Assembly: GCA_964419615.1 (NCBI GenBank)
Contig: CAYQPU010000034.1
Span: 1 to 17,593 of the forward strand
Direction: 5' to 3'
From: an uncultured Methanosarcinales archaeon
GTDB lineage: Archaea > Nanobdellota > Nanobdellia > Woesearchaeales > JAGVZT01
Length of the DNA stretch: 17,593 bases
The notes beneath the pieces are model-generated. The model worked only from the letters and a program-made list of their open reading frames with translations. It was not told the origin of the DNA and did no database searches. Every line of letters starts with the position of its first letter. The stretch's first letter is position 1. Below are positions 14,823 to 17,593 of the stretch, piece after piece. Made by a program: the position numbers and the translations under genes.

Positions 14823-15220
14823 ATGATCATCCTCGCAACCTTTGCAACAGCCGGCCATCTTTCACAAGCCTCTTTTGCAATTGGACCTTTGAAAATAGTT
14901 CCTTTTGGATTACCTTTCTCATCTTTTAAAACAACTGCTGCATTATCTTCAAACTTAATTCTTGAACCATCTGGTCTTCTGTACTCTTTTCTTTGTCTAA
15001 CAATAACAGCTAACACAACTTTCTTTCTCATATCAGGTTTTCCTGCCTTAACAGAAGCTAAAACCATATCACCAATACCAGCTGATGGAATCCTACCCTT
15101 AACAGTCTTAGACCCTTTAACACCAAAGACTCTTAGCAGTTTTGCTCCAGAGTTATCACAGGTTGGAACAATGCTTCCTGCACACAGTCCTTTAGTTATA
15201 TTGGCCTTAACTGCTTTCAT
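14819..15220 (-). CDS. rpl14: 50S ribosomal protein L14 (uL14)
   Basis: Motifs DNSGAK, AGIGDMVLASVKAG, AVIVRQRK, FEDNAAV and KGPIAKE. Shine-Dalgarno GGAGGT. Confidence 0.97.
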   Translation of the reverse strand: MKAVKANITKGLCAGSIVPTCDNSGAKLLRVFGVKGSKTVKGRIPSAGIGDMVLASVKAGKPDMRKKVVLAVIVRQRKEYRRPDGSRIKFEDNAAVVLKDEKGNPKGTIFKGPIAKEACERWPAVAKVARMII

Positions 15221-15512
15221 TTAATACCTCCACCACTGCAAAATGCTTTCTCTTACTTAATGGTCTAGTCTCCTTAACTTTGACCAGATCGCCAGGTTTT
15301 GAACCAATGCACGGTGAATTATGAGCAAGAATCTTTGTTCTTCTCCTTTCATATCTCTCATATTTTTTAACATAATATTTTCTATCAATAACTACTGTAA
15401 CAGTTTTGTGTGCCTTAGCACTAGTTACTTTTCCAAGCAAAGCTCTTCCACGCAGTTTTGTTTTGCCATGAAATGGACAATAATTATCCTCGCATTTTTT
15501 TTCTTTTACCAT
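15207..15512 (-). CDS. rps17: 30S ribosomal protein S17 (uS17, archaeal type)
   Basis: Motifs CEDNYCPFHG, KYERYERRRTKILAH and GDLVKVKETRPLSKRKHF. The start is ATG 15512, right after the Rpp29 stop. Confidence 0.97.
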   Translation of the reverse strand: MVKEKKCEDNYCPFHGKTKLRGRALLGKVTSAKAHKTVTVVIDRKYYVKKYERYERRRTKILAHNSPCIGSKPGDLVKVKETRPLSKRKHFAVVEVLNESS

Positions 15513-15513
15513 T

Positions 15514-15780
15514 TTAAATCGGACTTTTTTTGATACGGTCATGAGGTCTTTTGGCAAAGTGCCTTCCCTCAATCTTTACACTTTGTTTCCCAATCTTGAA
15601 TTCAAAAGCATAAGTTTGCTTTACCAAATTTTTTCTTCCAAGCTTAGTCTTCAGCACAACCATATTCTTAGTTTCATCAATAATCTTGCCTTCAAATGCA
15701 ACATTATCTTTGAGGCTGGTTGCCACTGTATTCCTACCTATAAGCTCGCCCTTAAGCAGCTGTTCAACGGCTTTCATCAT
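15514..15780 (-). CDS. rnp1: Ribonuclease P protein subunit p29 (Rpp29/Pop4)
   Basis: Motifs ELIG, EGKIIDETKNM, FEF, IEGRHFAKRPHDRIKK. It occupies the conserved position between SUI1 and S17. Confidence 0.92.
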   Translation of the reverse strand: MMKAVEQLLKGELIGRNTVATSLKDNVAFEGKIIDETKNMVVLKTKLGRKNLVKQTYAFEFKIGKQSVKIEGRHFAKRPHDRIKKSPI

Positions 15781-16085
15781 CCCATATCAATCGTGTCGGG
15801 CAAAAAGCCCATCTTGACGAGATATTCTTTGATTTGGTTTTTGTGATTTCCTTGTAGCTCAATTATTCCGCCTTTCACTGTGCCACCACAAGCAAATTTG
15901 GACTTCAACTGTTTTGTTAAATCTTTAATGTCGATTTCCCGTTGGTCAATCCCACTAATGATTGTGTACAGTTTTCCGTACTTTTTTTTGGTTGTTCTAA
16001 CACTGATTCTTTGCGTTTCTTTGGCTATTGTTTCACAAACACACAAGTCGCTGGGTAACCCGCAAACTTGGCAAATTTCGCTCAT
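15777..16085 (-). CDS. sui1: Translation initiation factor SUI1 / aIF1
   Basis: Motifs KKKYGKLYTIISG and LKSKFACGGTVKGGIIELQGNH, plus the N-terminal CxxCGLPxxLCxC. Confidence 0.95.
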   Translation of the reverse strand: MSEICQVCGLPSDLCVCETIAKETQRISVRTTKKKYGKLYTIISGIDQREIDIKDLTKQLKSKFACGGTVKGGIIELQGNHKNQIKEYLVKMGFLPDTIDMG

Positions 16086-16297
16086 ACTTTTTTGTCCTCT
16101 CCTCCTTGTTTTTCATTAAGTAATGTGTAAGCCCGAGCAATCATCTTTTTTGTTTCCTTGATTAATCCAGGACTTTTTGGAGTAGTACCTGTAGCTACTT
16201 GGGCATTTAACTTGATAAGTTCCATTCTGGATTCACTTATCCTTTCCTTTAGTTGAGCTGGACTCATCGCCCTTAGCTCCTTCATTATCTTGCTCAT
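16082..16297 (-). CDS. rpl29: 50S ribosomal protein L29 (uL29)
   Basis: Pattern KELRAMS..QLKERI.E.RMEL, then PGLIKETKKMIARAYTLL. It follows S3. Confidence 0.92.
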   Translation of the reverse strand: MSKIMKELRAMSPAQLKERISESRMELIKLNAQVATGTTPKSPGLIKETKKMIARAYTLLNEKQGGEDKKV

Positions 16298-17060
16298 CTT
16301 TATCTTCTTTTATTTTCCTAACTTTTTTAGTCTTTTTTTCAGCCTTAGGTTTCTTACTTTCTTTAGGTTTTGTTTTAGCCTTCTTCTTTGTCTTTTTTGC
16401 AGCCTTTGTCTCTTCTTCTTTTTGTTCTGGCTCATCAAATTCTTCTTCTTCTTTGATCAGTTCAGAACTTAAAACCGTAATCTTGTCCGGTAATTTGATA
16501 TCTGGCGGCATAATACTAACCTTAACTCCAATTACACCTGATTTTAATCCAGCCACTGCTCCAGCTTTCTTAACACCTGAAATACTAATCTCCCCACATT
16601 TTTTTAAATAACCAGCATAAACTCTCCATGATCTAGCTCTAGCACTTGGTAATTTTCCAGATAAAATAATCTCCACGCCCAAAGCCCCAGCTTTAATGAC
16701 ATTATCCATTGTTCGGTGCATTACAGCCTTAAATCTTTGAGGTCCAAACCTTTCAAGGCTAAGTGCAATCATCTCTGCAACAATATTAGCATCAAGATAA
16801 ATATTCTCAACCTCCCCAACTTCAATTTGTGGATTTTCCAAACCGAAAGTACTCTTAAGTGCAGTTGTTAAATCTCTAATATTTTGTCCTTGTCGTCCAA
16901 CAACTAACCCTGGCCTGGACGCATAAACAATAATTTTTTCACCTAAAGGTGTTCTTTGAACAACAGTATTAGAGTGTCCGCTTCTTCTAACTTTTCCAGC
17001 TACAAATTCTTTTATCTGAAACTCTTTGATCTTTTGTTCAACAATATCTCTCTCGATCAC
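16233..17060 (-). CDS. rps3: 30S ribosomal protein S3 (uS3) with a long charged C-terminal tail
   Basis: Motifs RTPLGEKI, RPGLVVGRQG, FGLENPQIEV, GALGVEIILSGK and GVIGVKVSIMPP. The GTG start overlaps the rpl22 stop. Confidence 0.97.
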   Translation of the reverse strand: MIERDIVEQKIKEFQIKEFVAGKVRRSGHSNTVVQRTPLGEKIIVYASRPGLVVGRQGQNIRDLTTALKSTFGLENPQIEVGEVENIYLDANIVAEMIALSLERFGPQRFKAVMHRTMDNVIKAGALGVEIILSGKLPSARARSWRVYAGYLKKCGEISISGVKKAGAVAGLKSGVIGVKVSIMPPDIKLPDKITVLSSELIKEEEEFDEPEQKEEETKAAKKTKKKAKTKPKESKKPKAEKKTKKVRKIKEDKDEQDNEGAKGDESSSTKGKDK

Positions 17061-17551
17061 TTTTCTGCACCTTTTGTTTTAATTTTACTAGGTTTTTTAA
17101 CAACCTTCTTTTTCTGTTCTTTTTCTTCTAAGACAACCTCAACATGACTTCTTTTCATTTTTCTGCCACGGTGTCTTCCATAATGCCAAGGTCTTGCAGC
17201 AGTATGTACACAAATATGCTTTATGAATAAATCATCTGCATTCAAACCTTTGTTTTCAGCATTTACAATCGCACCATTAACAACACTCAAAATTTCTTTA
17301 CAGGTCTTAACTGGATACCTTCCAGGACCAATCTTTGTTTTGTGAGCTAAATCTCTATGAAATTTTTTATAAGGAACTGGTTTTTTCATATCAATAACTT
17401 GTTTAAGCATAACAACAGCAGTATTTGCTTTCTTTCCTCTAATCATATCACAAACTTCCTTTGAATGCTTTGCAGATACACCTATTGAAATACCAACAGC
17501 CTTTGCTGTTTTTTCCTTATCCAATTTGTTAATTGCGTATTTGTACTTCAT
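17057..17551 (-). CDS. rpl22: 50S ribosomal protein L22 (uL22, archaeal type)
   Basis: Motifs SAKHSKEVCDMIRG, GRYPVKTC, NAENKGL and SHVEVVL. Confidence 0.96.
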   Translation of the reverse strand: MKYKYAINKLDKEKTAKAVGISIGVSAKHSKEVCDMIRGKKANTAVVMLKQVIDMKKPVPYKKFHRDLAHKTKIGPGRYPVKTCKEILSVVNGAIVNAENKGLNADDLFIKHICVHTAARPWHYGRHRGRKMKRSHVEVVLEEKEQKKKVVKKPSKIKTKGAEK

Positions 17552-17593
17552 TTATTTTGCACCAACATGTGATGTAGATCTTGTAGCTCCAAT
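17552..17593 (-). CDS. rps19: 30S ribosomal protein S19 (uS19), 3' end only
   Basis: The edge fragment translates as IGATRSTSHVGAK*, matching the archaeal S19 C-terminal GIGATRSS motif. The stop abuts the rpl22 ATG. Confidence 0.85.
   Translation of the reverse strand: MGATRSTSHVGAK

Noticed and set aside
15513-15572. Longer ORF-track starts for rps17 (15572), rpl24 (14858), rpl6 (12641), rps8 (13011), rpl15 (9124) and secY (8666)
   Set aside because: They extend into the upstream genes. Downstream ATGs match the family N-termini and the coupled stop/start or Shine-Dalgarno geometry.
16035-16085. Cys-rich N-terminus of SUI1 (CxxCGLPxxLCxC)
   Set aside because: This is a known feature of many euryarchaeal aIF1 proteins and is not unusual.
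1-17593. CRISPR array, tRNA/rRNA, IS element or prophage
   Set aside because: I saw no regularly spaced repeats, cloverleafs, transposase or integrase ORFs, or terminal repeats. The only large intergenic gaps are AT-rich promoter regions.

Overview
Low-GC archaeal chromosome segment with every credible gene on the minus strand. A DPANN lineage such as Woesearchaeota is likely, but this is an inference from compact, tightly overlapping genes, extended ribosomal proteins and the style of the surface proteins. In transcription order (right to left) the window holds: the archaeal S10/spc ribosomal cluster (rps19 3' end, rpl22, rps3, rpl29, SUI1, RNase P Rpp29, rps17, rpl14, rpl24, rps4e, rpl5, rps14, rps8, rpl6, rpl32e, rpl19e, rpl18, rps5, rpl30, rpl15); secY; a DUF106/EMC3-like Oxa1-superfamily insertase with an extra extracellular domain; a separately promoted four-gene operon of membrane-tethered beta-rich exported proteins; a probably leaderless orphan gene; and a pta - EamA transporter - ackA operon, which is a bacterial-type acetate pathway uncommon in archaea. 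The best candidate for an undescribed system is the four-gene operon at 3681-6174. Its sequence features fit a donor-strand-exchange surface fibre made of a strand-only anchor, a heavily glycosylated major subunit, a chaperone-like membrane protein and a minor subunit. That reading comes from manual pattern recognition and needs structure prediction to confirm. I saw no rRNA, tRNA, CRISPR array or mobile element.
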